Origin: a virus
Direction: 5' to 3' (one strand)
IMG/VR virus record: IMGVR_UViG_3300021408_000004
Coordinates: 2,983-66,982 of that record
DNA: 64,000 nt
Shown: piece by piece, positions 37,401 to 46,262 of the stretch
How the letters are laid out: each line of letters opens with the position of its first letter
Numbering within the stretch: the stretch's first letter is position 1
Notes under the pieces: generated by a model
What the model was told of the DNA's origin: nothing
The model's database searches: none
What the model saw: only the letters and a program-made list of their open reading frames with translations
Position numbers and translations under genes: made by a program

Positions 37401-38231
37401 GAACCGGATCCGGAACAGCTCGCCGTCGTAGCGCCGCGCCGTAGCCGCCCGTAGCCCGGGCCACTGCACCCGCGTGGAGCCCACCAGGCAGTTGACGACC
37501 TCGCGCGCCGGCCCGTCGGGGTCGCCCGGCACCATGAGAGCGGAGCCACCGACGTCGAACGCTGTGCCCCGAGGCTGGACCTGGCCGTCGGCGGCCCGGT
37601 GCGTCGGGCGGGTGCGGTTGTCCATCGTCGAGAGCCACTGCCGGTACGGGGGGGCGCTGTCGCCCATCAGGTCGATGCGGGCCTGGGCGCCCATGTTGCT
37701 CGCGGCGATCACCTCGGTCCGGGCCAGGGTCTCGGCCTGACGGGCGGTCAGGTCGGTGACGTCACGGATCCGGGCCCGCAGGGCGCTGACGCCTTCGCCC
37801 TCGGAGAACCCCTCGACCAGCTCGGCCCGGGCCTTGCCCCACGCCTCTTCCCCGAGCGGGTAGAACCGGTTCTCGACCCCCTGGAGGTACGTCGCGGCGG
37901 CGTGGTTCATCAGGGCGTCGTCGACGTCCAGGACCGCGATCCCGAGCCCCAGCACCTGCTCGACCGCGGCCTGGCCGCCGGTCTCGTAGACGTGAGCGAA
38001 CCAGGGGAGGACCTCGTCATGCACCGCGGCCCGCCACTGGACATCGATGGCGGAGAGGTCGTCGAGGCTGGCCCGAGCCTGGGCCTCCTCACCCCCGGCC
38101 GCGGTGACGGCGGCGACAGCGAACCGGGAAGCGACGCCGGCCATGATCGGCCCGAGGGCGTCGAGCATGACCGAGGTGGCCTCGGCCTCCAGGGCCTCGA
38201 CCCGGGCCCGGTGAGCGGCCCTCCAGTCCAT
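34404..38231 (-). CDS. MuF minor head protein (intein-containing), 2H phosphoesterase and capsid maturation protease fusion
   Basis: LARTE, WLSTMDNRTRPTH..ADGQ, PGDP...VVN/CRC (MuF); HLT and HVC (2H); C-terminal GRLYG, G..TMGCGHA, GVWMAG, SGDW, VPVPGF; ATG 38231 overlaps the portal stop. Confidence 0.85.
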   Translation of the reverse strand: MDWRAAHRARVEALEAEATSVMLDALGPIMAGVASRFAVAAVTAAGGEEAQARASLDDLSAIDVQWRAAVHDEVLPWFAHVYETGGQAAVEQVLGLGIAVLDVDDALMNHAAATYLQGVENRFYPLGEEAWGKARAELVEGFSEGEGVSALRARIRDVTDLTARQAETLARTEVIAASNMGAQARIDLMGDSAPPYRQWLSTMDNRTRPTHRAADGQVQPRGTAFDVGGSALMVPGDPDGPAREVVNCLVGSTRVQWPGLRAATARRYDGELFRIRFASGDELTGTPNHPILTVAGWRTLGALQVGDDCVRGVLRGELTGQPHEQDPPPEIAEVYELAALAGSPQRVAGAPVDFHGDGAYGHVDVVPVSGSLGVDVQAATPEQVDQFGLTVAHAAAAADRGGDGACFRSWAPGAGWDEGAPPGRVGGLRQCQALGRPESIHTQLLGLTARANRKAKLLEAPDDDRSGDPEVGGHSRHGVALFVAPTQVVEVEVLPGGHEVYNLDTGAGWYIANNLVTGNCRCTVIFTESADPLLAEGRQQGGIVDDVATEPLAAAAVSGPPQVDTTTGEPHTGAMVALVPADPEAWAVAQGEPPEAIHLTLAYLGDGAEIPDATFDALLAQAEQLAADRPPVEANVFGAAVWNMSGPESCLVLSVGGADLEPLHAATWVTVQRAGVANGEAGLWMPPEQHSPWVAHVCLSYQPDPAGTVQQVAQQFEGPITFDRLRVTRGAEAYDFTLAGALPEEDIDMDSADLAAMIDAAFVRHGLTAAVEPGAPASGDPASASAETDDGPPAQPGEHLRAIMHRQGVATGLRDSGRVFTNMTYREPPFAYHSQVNSSAHGGTPRVVPVGLVTRIVETPTADYGFVRLDLDNPDAMEHARRAVAGFDRWVSIGGDETAPKVTLVWPAPGEAADPMLEIDPDSPFEEVLLEPEKVILDGVNVAELTSVSTPAQADAVLEPTAELVAMFADAAPAPAELPAGEVVLATGGLLPPAVAAHVRIGEGCGCGGSCGGCGQDRHVEEVMAGAQAAALTAAAYAITLTDLPPAFWFQEPTDVEITSALSITDEGRLYGLVAPFGTNHRAYAKAGRTQFAPEGNVDYARFMGKWAVAAEGPVPAGPVTMGCGHATMARNSHETAPEYYDNSCSVFGMVAVGESKRLGGVWMAGHVLPGTSAATIARALACTCSGDWQSHPDRSGWQELVAALLVPVPGFAMPHASTSYRGDALVASAVPVMHVATAEADAARLRALTISRLAASVGRTPAARVLAAARRGRT
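36675..37490 (-). mobile_element. Intein (272 aa) in the MuF NCRC motif
   Basis: Block A CLVGSTRV, block B LTGTPNHPIL, block F VYNLDT, terminal TGN followed by +1 Cys; removal restores EVVN-CRC. Confidence 0.9.
36738..37454 (+). CDS. HTH plus DUF559/Vsr-like endonuclease encoded antisense inside the intein
   Basis: RYEEG..VATMAADLGVSRPVIVRRLQELG (HTH); GEAEL...Q....YNIDVA...VAVEVH....H...R..L...GWWVLFVW (Vsr/DUF559-type PD-(D/E)XK); GAGG at 36723. Confidence 0.8.
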   Translation: MAARKHLDLNDLRRRYEEGDPVATMAADLGVSRPVIVRRLQELGLSVRSRGQAQQLRMDRLGPAERLALAEAAHAARRRPLVPAGPRSPGAEARAVATAVGRSRCVGHGEAELIDLLRGRSLDVDPQAPAHGYNIDVAVGPVAVEVHWSASHPLRGARQRRKLVDLCDLGWWVLFVWLSGQLPTEHTADAVVAYLECAQRAPAGHSQYRVVRGSGQLVTGGEPDPEQLAVVAPRRSRP

Positions 38232-40261
38232 CAGGACGCCCTCGACATGGCGGCGGCGGCCAGCACCTGCTCGGCCGGCGACAGCGTCGGAGCGGCGGCC
38301 ATGTAGGCCTCCAGGAGATCCCACGAGTGGACGGTGGCGTTGCGGATCACGTGCCGGGTGTAGTCGTCGAGCGTCGCGGCCAGCGACGTCGGACAGACCT
38401 GGAGGCGGGCGGCGACCTCGGGCACCCTGTCCCACGCCCCGTCGAGGAGACCGTCGATGGGCTTGGCCCACACGGCCCCGGCGTTGCAGACCGTGTGCAT
38501 CAGGTGCGGCTGGGCGTCGAGGCGGGGGTCGAGGTCGCGGGCGCGGCGGGTGGCGTTGCGGAGCCGGTTCCCGGCCCGTTCCAGGGCCCGGTGCACGAGA
38601 CCGTCAGCGGCGGCCACGAGCGCCTGGTCGACCTGCGCGGCCCGCACACCAGCCGGGCGGATCGGGGACGGGTCGGCGGCCTCGGACGGTGCGTCGTCGT
38701 CGGGCCCGGTGTCGGGCTCGCCCCCGACCTCGGGTGTGGCCGGTTCCTCATCGACGGGCCCCGGCGCACCCGGCGCCTGGCCGGGCGGGGCCGGCGCCAC
38801 GGGGGCGGGCAGCTCGGCCTCGGTGAACACGTTCAGCTTGATGAGCGCCGCTCGCTGGATGGCGGCATCGCCCCCAGGCTCGGCGGCCTTGATGAGCAGC
38901 CGGCGGTCGACCTCGGCCTGCTCGGGCGGCTCGGCCTCGGACAGCCCGGTCTCCGCCCGCAGGGTGTCGCCCCCGACTTCGAACCGGTCGTACGCCAACA
39001 CGGTGTCGTCGGAGCGGTCGGGCTTGGCCGTCGAGTCGGACAGGTCGTACCAGGCGATGATCTCGGCGCCGTCGGCGTCGCGGATGTCCTGGGCCTCGAC
39101 GGCCTGGGCCAGCAGCGTCCCGCCGTCGGGCAGGTCGAACGCCATGCCCTGCGCCTGCGCCTCGGTCACCAGGCCCGGCAGCAGGTACCCGCGGGTGATG
39201 CCGTCGCACACCAGCTCCAGGTTCGGGCGCACGTGCAGCTTCACGCCCTCGTCCTGGGTGATCGCCTTCCCCCAGTGGTTCTCCTGCTCACCGGTCAGCG
39301 CCCGGGCCGGCATGTCCATCGCCGTCGCGAGCCGGCGGAGCAGCTCATCGCGCAGGGTGACCGAGTGCTCGTCGAACGGCGTCCCAAACGTGATGTGCTT
39401 GAGCTTGTCGATGTGCTCGCCCTTCGCCTGGAAGACGAAAGGCACATAGGCCGCCGCGCTCGACCGGTCAGCGATCGGGGCCGTCGTGTTCTCCATGAAC
39501 TCCTGGAGCCACTCGTCGAACCCGGTCACCTTCCCGTCACGGTGAGGGAACTCGATCTCGGTGGGGACCGCGAACACACCGGCGCCGGCCAGGCGGGAGA
39601 CGGCGGCGGCCTGGATGGCCTGCGTGAGGGTGAACAGCTCGGAGAGGATCCCGAGGGCGCCACGGACGGGGCTGTCGGGGCGCCAGTGCCGCTGGGGGTC
39701 GGGCTTGTGGACCTTGACCACGATCCCGCCGTCGAGGGGGAGCCAGTCGTTCGCGGCGTCGCCGGTCTGGACCTCGTACATGGGGCGGCCGTCGTGGCCC
39801 AGCTGCGGGGACAGGCGGATCTCCTCGGCCGAGCGCACCTGCCACGAGAACCCGCCACCGTTACGCGGGTCGAACCCGCACATGAACCCCACGCCCGGGG
39901 TCATCAGGTAGACGCCCCACTGGCGCAGCAGGGCGGCCTGGCCGCCCACGCCACCAGCGAGCTGGGCCATGAGCACCTGCGCCGGGTGATCGTCGGGCAG
40001 CGGCACCGGCTCGGAGCCGGGCGCCTCGCGCTTCGCCGCGATCAGGCGGGCGCCGCCCATGCTGTTGCCCAGCCACGTCTCAGCGTGCCGTAGCTCACCG
40101 GTGTTGTTCCGCATGAACCAGGCGTCGGCGTGCCACGCCGCGGGCATCGGGGCATCCACCCGGGTGGCCGGCAGGATCTTGGCGGAAGCGGTGAGTGACC
40201 TCGGTGGCGGACCCGCCCCGCGGCGCCGTTGGCGGGTGCGGAGCCGGAGGCGGTCGGCCAC
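38231..40261 (-). CDS. Portal protein
   Basis: SLTASA, GELR...W, RLIAA, PDP...DSPVR, SRLAGAG, RLA..MD.P..LTG...NHW; position before MuF. Confidence 0.85.
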   Translation of the reverse strand: MADRLRLRTRQRRRGAGPPPRSLTASAKILPATRVDAPMPAAWHADAWFMRNNTGELRHAETWLGNSMGGARLIAAKREAPGSEPVPLPDDHPAQVLMAQLAGGVGGQAALLRQWGVYLMTPGVGFMCGFDPRNGGGFSWQVRSAEEIRLSPQLGHDGRPMYEVQTGDAANDWLPLDGGIVVKVHKPDPQRHWRPDSPVRGALGILSELFTLTQAIQAAAVSRLAGAGVFAVPTEIEFPHRDGKVTGFDEWLQEFMENTTAPIADRSSAAAYVPFVFQAKGEHIDKLKHITFGTPFDEHSVTLRDELLRRLATAMDMPARALTGEQENHWGKAITQDEGVKLHVRPNLELVCDGITRGYLLPGLVTEAQAQGMAFDLPDGGTLLAQAVEAQDIRDADGAEIIAWYDLSDSTAKPDRSDDTVLAYDRFEVGGDTLRAETGLSEAEPPEQAEVDRRLLIKAAEPGGDAAIQRAALIKLNVFTEAELPAPVAPAPPGQAPGAPGPVDEEPATPEVGGEPDTGPDDDAPSEAADPSPIRPAGVRAAQVDQALVAAADGLVHRALERAGNRLRNATRRARDLDPRLDAQPHLMHTVCNAGAVWAKPIDGLLDGAWDRVPEVAARLQVCPTSLAATLDDYTRHVIRNATVHSWDLLEAYMAAAPTLSPAEQVLAAAAMSRAS

Positions 40262-40560
40262 TAGTTCTCCTCGGTGTCGTGCGTCTCGGAGGCGACGATC
40301 CAGGCCGCTACGTAGGCCGAGGCCGGCCACACGAGGAGCGGGGCCGGGAGCCCGTAGTGGACGTCCGCGGCGAGCGTCACCAGGCCGGCGACCCACACGG
40401 ACATGCACCAGGGGCAGGAGGTCAGGTACTCCTGCCAGTCGCCCCGAGCGGCGACCCAGGAGCGGGCCCGGGCAACGGGCGGGAACGCGTCGGCCACGAG
40501 GAGCCGAGTTGCTCGCGCCACCGCGAGAGTGAGCAGCACCAGCAGCAGGAACACGTTCAC
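40261..40560 (-). CDS. DUF1360-like membrane protein
   Basis: ARATRLL..D, LTSCPWCMSVW; TACGCT -10 seven nt before GTG. Confidence 0.7.
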   Translation of the reverse strand: MNVFLLLVLLTLAVARATRLLVADAFPPVARARSWVAARGDWQEYLTSCPWCMSVWVAGLVTLAADVHYGLPAPLLVWPASAYVAAWIVASETHDTEEN

Positions 40561-40683
40561 GGCGGCGAGCGTACAGTGCGCCCCGGTCACGGTGGGTGTA
40601 CGTCAGCCCCGGCGGTCACTGGGGACAGAACCGCCGGGGCCTAGACGTAGCCATGCGCAGCTCTCGCAGGACGGGACCCTAGC

Positions 40684-41136
40684 TCAGAACGCGAACACGC
40701 TCTCGGTGATCCAGTAGGCCACGAGCGGCGGCATGGCGGCCAGGAGCTGACGGGGGTCGAGCACGTGGGACCGGTAGGGGTGGTCGAGCGTGAACATGGT
40801 CAGGTGGGGGATCGGGGCGCCGAAGGTCTCGGCGGGCCGGAGCACTTCGGTACGCCAGGCGGACCACCTCGGGCTCGTTCCGCCTGACGGCATGGCGTCG
40901 CTGGTGTGCCGCCACAGCACGTAGGTGACGCCCTCGTGGACCAGGTGGTGGCTTTCCGACCCGTTCCCGAACCGGTGCCAGGCGACGTCGAGGGGCTCGG
41001 GCCGGGCGTGCTGGTCGATCCCGTCGACGTCGGGGCACGGCCGGACCAGGCCGGCGCAGTGGACCCAGGTGTTGCCCTGGAGCTGGATCAGGTAGCCGCA
41101 CCCGGCGCAGCGCAGCTCGTGCACATCGACGGCCAC
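40684..41136 (-). CDS. Hypothetical protein
   Basis: GGAGG RBS before GTG; N-terminal CAGC...WVH. Confidence 0.55.
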   Translation of the reverse strand: MAVDVHELRCAGCGYLIQLQGNTWVHCAGLVRPCPDVDGIDQHARPEPLDVAWHRFGNGSESHHLVHEGVTYVLWRHTSDAMPSGGTSPRWSAWRTEVLRPAETFGAPIPHLTMFTLDHPYRSHVLDPRQLLAAMPPLVAYWITESVFAF

Positions 41137-41137
41137 G

Positions 41138-41638
41138 TCAGTCCTCCCCGCGGGCGTGGGCATGGTCGAGCTGGGCCACCAGCGCCGTGGCGTTCGGGAC
41201 GTCGAGCTGGATGGTGACCTTCCCCAGCTGGTCGCGGCCCACGGAGGCGGTCACCCGGAGCGGGGCGATTCCGGCCCGCTGGAACGCGATGTCCAGGAGG
41301 TCGGCGGCCGAGTCGCTGTCGGCGTCGGCGACTCGCCACCGCTCGTGGGTGGTGCGGGCGGAGTCGAACGGGGCCAGCTCGGCCGGCAGCATGAACCGGC
41401 CGGTGCGGGAGAACCGGGTGTGGGACTCGCCCGGGGCCTGGACCTCGACGTAGCGGGGGATGATGGCGCCGGTCTCGTAGTCCAGCTCGTCGATCAGCAC
41501 GTGGCGGACCAGGCGCCGGCCTCCGGTCAGGGTCTGCCGGCGGACGATCTCGACGGCCCGCCAGCGCGGGGGACGGCACTCGACCGCCACGTCGTCGATG
41601 GTGTAGTCGTCGCCGATCACGATTTCGGACAGCAGCAT
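41138..41638 (-). CDS. Hypothetical protein
   Basis: GAGGAG RBS; protein-like composition. Confidence 0.6.
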   Translation of the reverse strand: MLLSEIVIGDDYTIDDVAVECRPPRWRAVEIVRRQTLTGGRRLVRHVLIDELDYETGAIIPRYVEVQAPGESHTRFSRTGRFMLPAELAPFDSARTTHERWRVADADSDSAADLLDIAFQRAGIAPLRVTASVGRDQLGKVTIQLDVPNATALVAQLDHAHARGED

Positions 41639-41723
41639 GGGGATGACTCCTCGGGGTGGGTTCGGTGGGGGTGGTGGTCGAGCCCGGGCGGGGCGGCGTC
41701 CGCCCGGGCTCTGGGGGTGGGGA

Positions 41724-42020
41724 TCAGGCCTCGGTGACCAGGACGGTCACCGAGGGCTCGGGGGGCATCGGCACGGCCCCGAAGCGGGTCCGGCTCGTGC
41801 CGCCCTCGGTCCGGCGCTGCGCCTCGCGCTCGGCGTCGGCGGCGCTCTGCCGGCACATCACCTTGGGGGCCTTCGCCCCCTGGTCGACCACCAGCACGGC
41901 GGCCGCTCGGGCGGCCCGGGCGCCGCTCACGGTCTGGGCGGGCCAGCCGGGGAACGAGACCGTGACGGTGGCGGTGCCGTTCTTCCAGGTGCGGGTGGCG
42001 GTGGGGGCCGTGAAGTTCAT
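41724..42020 (-). CDS. Cassette hypothetical protein (MNFTAPTAT...)
   Basis: ATG six nt after the -10; hairpin GAGCCCGGGCGG...CCGCCCGGGCTC at 41680-41711. Confidence 0.7.
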   Translation of the reverse strand: MNFTAPTATRTWKNGTATVTVSFPGWPAQTVSGARAARAAAVLVVDQGAKAPKVMCRQSAADAEREAQRRTEGGTSRTRFGAVPMPPEPSVTVLVTEA

Positions 42021-42026
42021 AACCGA

Positions 42027-42065
42027 AGTGTACCGCGGTAACGCTCTCTCGTCAAGCGCGGTAAC
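42027..42065 (-). promoter_or_regulatory. GTTACCG-box family promoter, leaderless
   Basis: GTTACCGCGC-TTGACG-agagagcGTTACCGCGG-TACACT-N6-ATG. Confidence 0.85.
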
Positions 42066-42135
42066 GCTCGGGCTGGACGCGGAACCGCCCCCGAGCCGGC
42101 GGCGGACCGGGCTCGGGGGCGGCGACCTGGGCGGG

Positions 42136-42333
42136 CTACCGCTCGGCGCGGCGCTTGCGCGCCGCGGCGACGGCCAGCCGGTTGGCCATGATGGTGAGCC
42201 GCTGGGCGGACGCCATGCGGCCACGAGCCTCGGCCTGCCGCACCTGCCGGAACAGCTGGTCGGCCTTGACCGACAGCTCGTCGGCGGTGTAGCCGTGGCG
42301 GACGGGGCGGGTGGTGGTGCCGGTGAAGGTCAT
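42136..42333 (-). CDS. Cassette small basic protein (MTFTGTTT...)
   Basis: Leaderless start; hairpin GCCCCCGAGCC...GGCTCGGGGGC at 42088-42120. Confidence 0.7.
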   Translation of the reverse strand: MTFTGTTTRPVRHGYTADELSVKADQLFRQVRQAEARGRMASAQRLTIMANRLAVAAARKRRAER

Positions 42334-42339
42334 GTAGGA

Positions 42340-42378
42340 ACAGTACCACGGTAACGCCCATCGGTCAAGCGCGGTAAC
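42340..42378 (-). promoter_or_regulatory. GTTACCG-box family promoter, leaderless
   Basis: GTTACCGCGC-TTGACC-gatgggcGTTACCGTGG-TACTGT-N6-ATG. Confidence 0.85.
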
Positions 42379-42399
42379 GGTCGGCCTCGGGGTTCGTCC

Positions 42400-43095
42400 T
42401 CACTCGTCGGGCTCCAGGTCGCCCCCACAGACGTCGCACTCGGCCTCGGCGGGCGGCGGGCCGCCCAGAGGCCACGGCCACCCGCACTCGACGCAGAACC
42501 AGCGCATCACTGGCCCGGCCCCTGGAGGAGGGCCAGGACGGCGTCGGCCAGCTCGTTGCACGTCGACGTCGACAGGCCGAACCCGTCGACCACGTCAGCG
42601 GCGGCCGGCGACCGGTACAAGGCGGCGGCGATGTCGCCTCGGGTCGGGACCGGGGTGGGCTGGGGACCGGAGCCCGGCCGGCGGTAGACCCGGCCGGGCT
42701 CGACGTTGGCGCCCATCACTTCCACCCGGGCCCGCCGGAGCGGGGATCGTTGTCGCGGCGGCGGGTAGCGGCCCGGACCTTGCGCAACAGGGCGGAGTCG
42801 TGGCGGTCGGCCCAGATCGCGACCTCCTCCAGCGTCCGCATCTTGCAGGAGCGCCACAGGATTTTCTCGCCGGCCCGATGGGCGGCCACGACGTCGTCAG
42901 GGGTCCAGTAGCCGGTAGGGCCACCCTCGTGGGCGTAGGCCATCACCCGACCACCAGGAAGCACGGCCACTCGGCCTCGCAGGCCAGGCACACCGGGGCC
43001 TCTTCGACCTCGCAGCCGCAGCGGTAGCGGCCCGAGGCCGGGTCCCAGCCCTCGCCGGGATCGTGGCAGGGCTCGTGGCCCTCGGGGGCCGGCAT
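42400..43095 (-). other. Four tiny coupled ORFs (42400-42507, 42507-42716, 42716-42943, 42943-43095), two of them Cys-rich
   Basis: TGATG stop/start overlaps chain them behind the 43095-43328 gene. Confidence 0.55.
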
Positions 43096-43328
43096 CAGCA
43101 CGGCTCCCCGGCGGGGCACCGGCCGGCGGCCAGGCAGGACAGGGTGTGCGAACGGGCCGGGTGCCGGGGCGCCTCGGCCTGGTCGAGCCACGCGTGGAGG
43201 GCCGCCGAGTCGGTCGGGACCATCATCGGGCGGGTCGGGTACAGCGAGTAGCCGTCGGCCTGCGCCTGGGCCTCGTCGGAGGCGTCAGCGTCGACCCAGT
43301 CGGTGGGAGTGGTGCGGGTGATCTCCAT
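43095..43328 (-). CDS. Cassette lead gene (MEITRTTPT...)
   Basis: ATG six nt after the -10 of a box promoter. Confidence 0.65.
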   Translation of the reverse strand: MEITRTTPTDWVDADASDEAQAQADGYSLYPTRPMMVPTDSAALHAWLDQAEAPRHPARSHTLSCLAAGRCPAGEPC

Positions 43329-43334
43329 ACCCAG

Positions 43335-43373
43335 ACCGTACCACGGTAACGGCCCACGTGCAAGCGCGGTAAC
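43335..43373 (-). promoter_or_regulatory. GTTACCG-box family promoter, leaderless
   Basis: GTTACCGCGC-TTGCAC-gtgggccGTTACCGTGG-TACGGT-N6-ATG. Confidence 0.85.
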
Positions 43374-43469
43374 ACGCTGCCGGGGCCCGGGTGCGGGCAA
43401 GCCCCGAACCCCGACAGCGCGATCTGTACAGCAGGTGCTCGTTCAGCCCGGCGGGCCAGCGGCACCCAG

Positions 43470-43772
43470 CTAGTCAGGTTGTCCACCGAACGGCACGATC
43501 TCGACCAGGGGACGGAGCGTCCCGTACCGGTCGGGATCGTTGGCCACCAGGTCCCCCTGCTCCTGGAGGCGCACCAGGTGGGAGTGGACGGTGGCGAAGT
43601 GGCGTCCGCGGCGGGCGGCGACCGCTCGGACCGTGGCCCGGCCGGTGGCAGTGTGCTCGGCCAGCAGGGCCAGCATGGTGGCGGTGCGGGCCGGGGTCAC
43701 GTAGTCGGGGTGGCGGGCCAGGGACGGGGCCCAGACGGTGCCAGGGGCCACGGGCTCGGGGTCAGAGGGCAT
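43470..43772 (-). CDS. LexA-type winged-helix DNA-binding protein without peptidase domain
   Basis: ATVRAVA..RG...ATVHSHLVRLQEQG.L. Confidence 0.6.
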   Translation of the reverse strand: MPSDPEPVAPGTVWAPSLARHPDYVTPARTATMLALLAEHTATGRATVRAVAARRGRHFATVHSHLVRLQEQGDLVANDPDRYGTLRPLVEIVPFGGQPD

Positions 43773-45658
43773 GGTGGGCGCTCCAGGCGCGCAGCCGGCG
43801 GGGTAGCTCGTGGAGAGCTGCACGGTCGATGACCCGCTGGGGGTCGTCGTGGTCGAGCCCGGCATTGTGGAACCCGTGGGCGGCCACGTTGCCCAGGTGG
43901 GTCCACATCTCGGGGAACATGTCGTCGATGTAGCCGGGCCAGATCGTCAGGAACGGCTGGGCGCCGGGCCCGAGGCGGGCGCCGCGGATCACGTAGGCGT
44001 TCTCGCGGTTGTCGTGCGGGTGGCCGGCGGCCACGTCCCACTCGTGGCCGGGGTCCAGCTCGGCCAGCTTCGCCACGGCGGCCTCGACGATGGTGGCGCC
44101 GCGGTACCGGGCACGGGCCTGCTGGGCCTCGGCCACCGACCTGTCGAGGGCGGCCATGAGATCGCCCAGGCTCTCCGGGTCGCCAGGTCTCATCTCCGCC
44201 ACCGGTGCCGGGGCTCGACCGGGATCAGGAGCACCTCGGGGTGGGGCGGTGGGGCCGAGACCTGGACGTGGATGTCGCCGGGCCGGGCCGGTCGGGTGGG
44301 CCAGTAGCCCAGCGTCTTGCACAGCCGGTCGACCAGCGTGCGGCCGTCCTCCGGTGACATGGACAGGCTCTCGGTGTCGGCGGAGTCGGGCTCGCCGTGG
44401 TGCCAGATGTCGAGGTCGTCCAGCTCGATCTCGACATAGCCGGGGCGGACGTCGTCAGCCGGCATCTCGGGCCTCCAGGTCGCAAGCCATGTCGTGCAGG
44501 TCCTCCAGCAGCACGGACTCTCCGCCCGGCGCCGCCACCTTCATGCCGTAGTGGTGGACCTGGCCACCGAACTCCAGGTGCTGGTACGTGGGCGGCGGGT
44601 CGATGCGGCCCAGGCCGAGCCCGTAGGGGCCCGGGTAGAGGTGGACGGTGTGGGCCCACACGAACGTGGGCCGCGGCAGCACGAGCCCCACGGCACGTTC
44701 GCCCAGCTCGGGCTGCCCGGGGGTGGTGATGTAGACGCGGCAGGGCGCCAGGTTGAACGCCTGGCCGCCGATGGCGTCGACCTGGTCGGTGGGGCGGCCC
44801 TGGGGCCGGCAGTCGACGACGCGTGCGTCGGGGCGGCGGCCGGCCAGGAGCTGGCGGGCCACGGTCGGCATGTCCTGGCCGTCGGCGACGATGTCGACGA
44901 CGAGGTGCAGGCGCTCGACCTGGGGGACGTGCTCACTGGCCACGGTCGACCGCCCCGAGGTCGCGCAGGACCCGCATGACCCGTCGGCCCGTACGCCAGG
45001 CCCTGTAGCTCTCCCACGCTTCCCAGCCGGCAGCGAGGACCAACGGGGCCGCCAGCACGGCAGCGGCCACCAGGGGAGCAACCACGCCCCTCTCGGGCGC
45101 CTGGAAGTCACGAGGCACGAACCCCGCTGGGGCGGGGACGGTGCCCTGGCCATGGCAGTCCGGGCACATCTCGTTGCGGGAGTAGCCGTAGCCGGCGCAG
45201 TCCGGGCACACCACGACGTGGCGGTCGGCGGCGAAGCGGCGGACCGCCTCGGTGCGGACCGCAGCGCGCTGGTCGGTCTGGAGGTCGGAGCGGGCGATCC
45301 ACTCGGCCAGCTGCTCGTCGGTCAGATCCCGCAGCCCTCGCTTCCAGGCGTCGAAGCGGGCGGCGTCGGTGCCGTCGACCACCCGGCGCTCGGCGTGCTG
45401 GAACCGCTCGACGTCGTCAGCGGTCGGCTCGACCGTGTCGGCGGCCAGGCGGCCGACGGTGACGGCGGGGCTTGGGTGCAGGGTGAACCCAGCGGCGGCG
45501 GCGGTACCGGCGTGCTCGTAGCAGAGGTGGAACTGCATCGCGCCGTCGGGGTCGTCGAGCCGGGCCGAGTGGAGGACGTCTCGGGGGCAGCTACCCACGG
45601 GGTCGAGGGTGGTCACCTCGTAGACGTAGCGCTGCCACTCGCACGTGGGCTCACCCAT
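43762..45658 (-). other. Four coupled hypothetical genes (43762-44193, 44190-44465, 44455-44943, 44933-45658)
   Basis: Overlapping starts and stops; the last has DnaJ-like CPDC.G.G twice and a TM segment. Confidence 0.55.
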
Positions 45659-46262
45659 TGGAGGGCACCTCGCCGTCGGTCAGGAGCTGCCACACGGCTA
45701 GAGCGATGGCGCTCTCTTTGGGGCCGGCGCCCACGATGGTCTCGCACACCTCGGCGAACATGACCGGGGTGGGCTGGAAACGCTCGGGATCGGCGGCCAC
45801 GAACACCTGGTCGCCGGGCACGGGATGGCGGCGGCGGGTCTGCGCCCATTGGGCCTCGGACCTGCCATCAGAGCCGGTCGTCCAGCCGTGGGCGTCAGCG
45901 GTGCGCCACTGGTAGCCGGCGGGGACGTCGGCCACCTGGCAGAACCAGGTGGGACGGCCGCCGACCTCGGGGCCCGGGAACAGGCGGGGCTCGGGCTCGA
46001 CGGGCTGGTGGACCTGGGCGCGGGTCGACAGGGCGCAGAACTCCACCTTGCCCTCCTCGACCACGACGGCCCGGCACGAGGAACTGGCCTCCGCGTAGCC
46101 GGCGTCGAAGTCGTGGGGCTGGTCGAAGGGGATGGCGTGGACCAGCGACAGGCGGGGGCGGCCGCAGCGGTCAGGGGTCGTTGACGGGTTGTCCAGATCG
46201 TCGGCGGTCAGCAGGGTCATGCACTTGTCGTCGGTCGGGTGAGGGGTGAACGGGTGGGTCAT
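45651..46262 (-). CDS. His/Cys repeat protein
   Basis: Two H-x-F...C...C...H units; GGAG RBS. Confidence 0.6.
   Translation of the reverse strand: MTHPFTPHPTDDKCMTLLTADDLDNPSTTPDRCGRPRLSLVHAIPFDQPHDFDAGYAEASSSCRAVVVEEGKVEFCALSTRAQVHQPVEPEPRLFPGPEVGGRPTWFCQVADVPAGYQWRTADAHGWTTGSDGRSEAQWAQTRRRHPVPGDQVFVAADPERFQPTPVMFAEVCETIVGAGPKESAIALAVWQLLTDGEVPSNG

Noticed and set aside
38232-38471. N-terminal extension of the MuF ORF in the ORF track
   Set aside because: Overlaps the portal; ATG 38231 coupled to the portal stop is the better start. The same applies to extended starts at 60932, 40408, 3066 and 1099
41724-43373. Recurrent GTTACCG units as a CRISPR array or integron attC sites
   Set aside because: Spacing is irregular and gene-sized, the units contain -35/-10 boxes, and no cas or integrase gene is seen in the window
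43762-44193. DLMAAL..SV motif suggesting Ku
   Set aside because: Only the short motif is present; no Ku core domain
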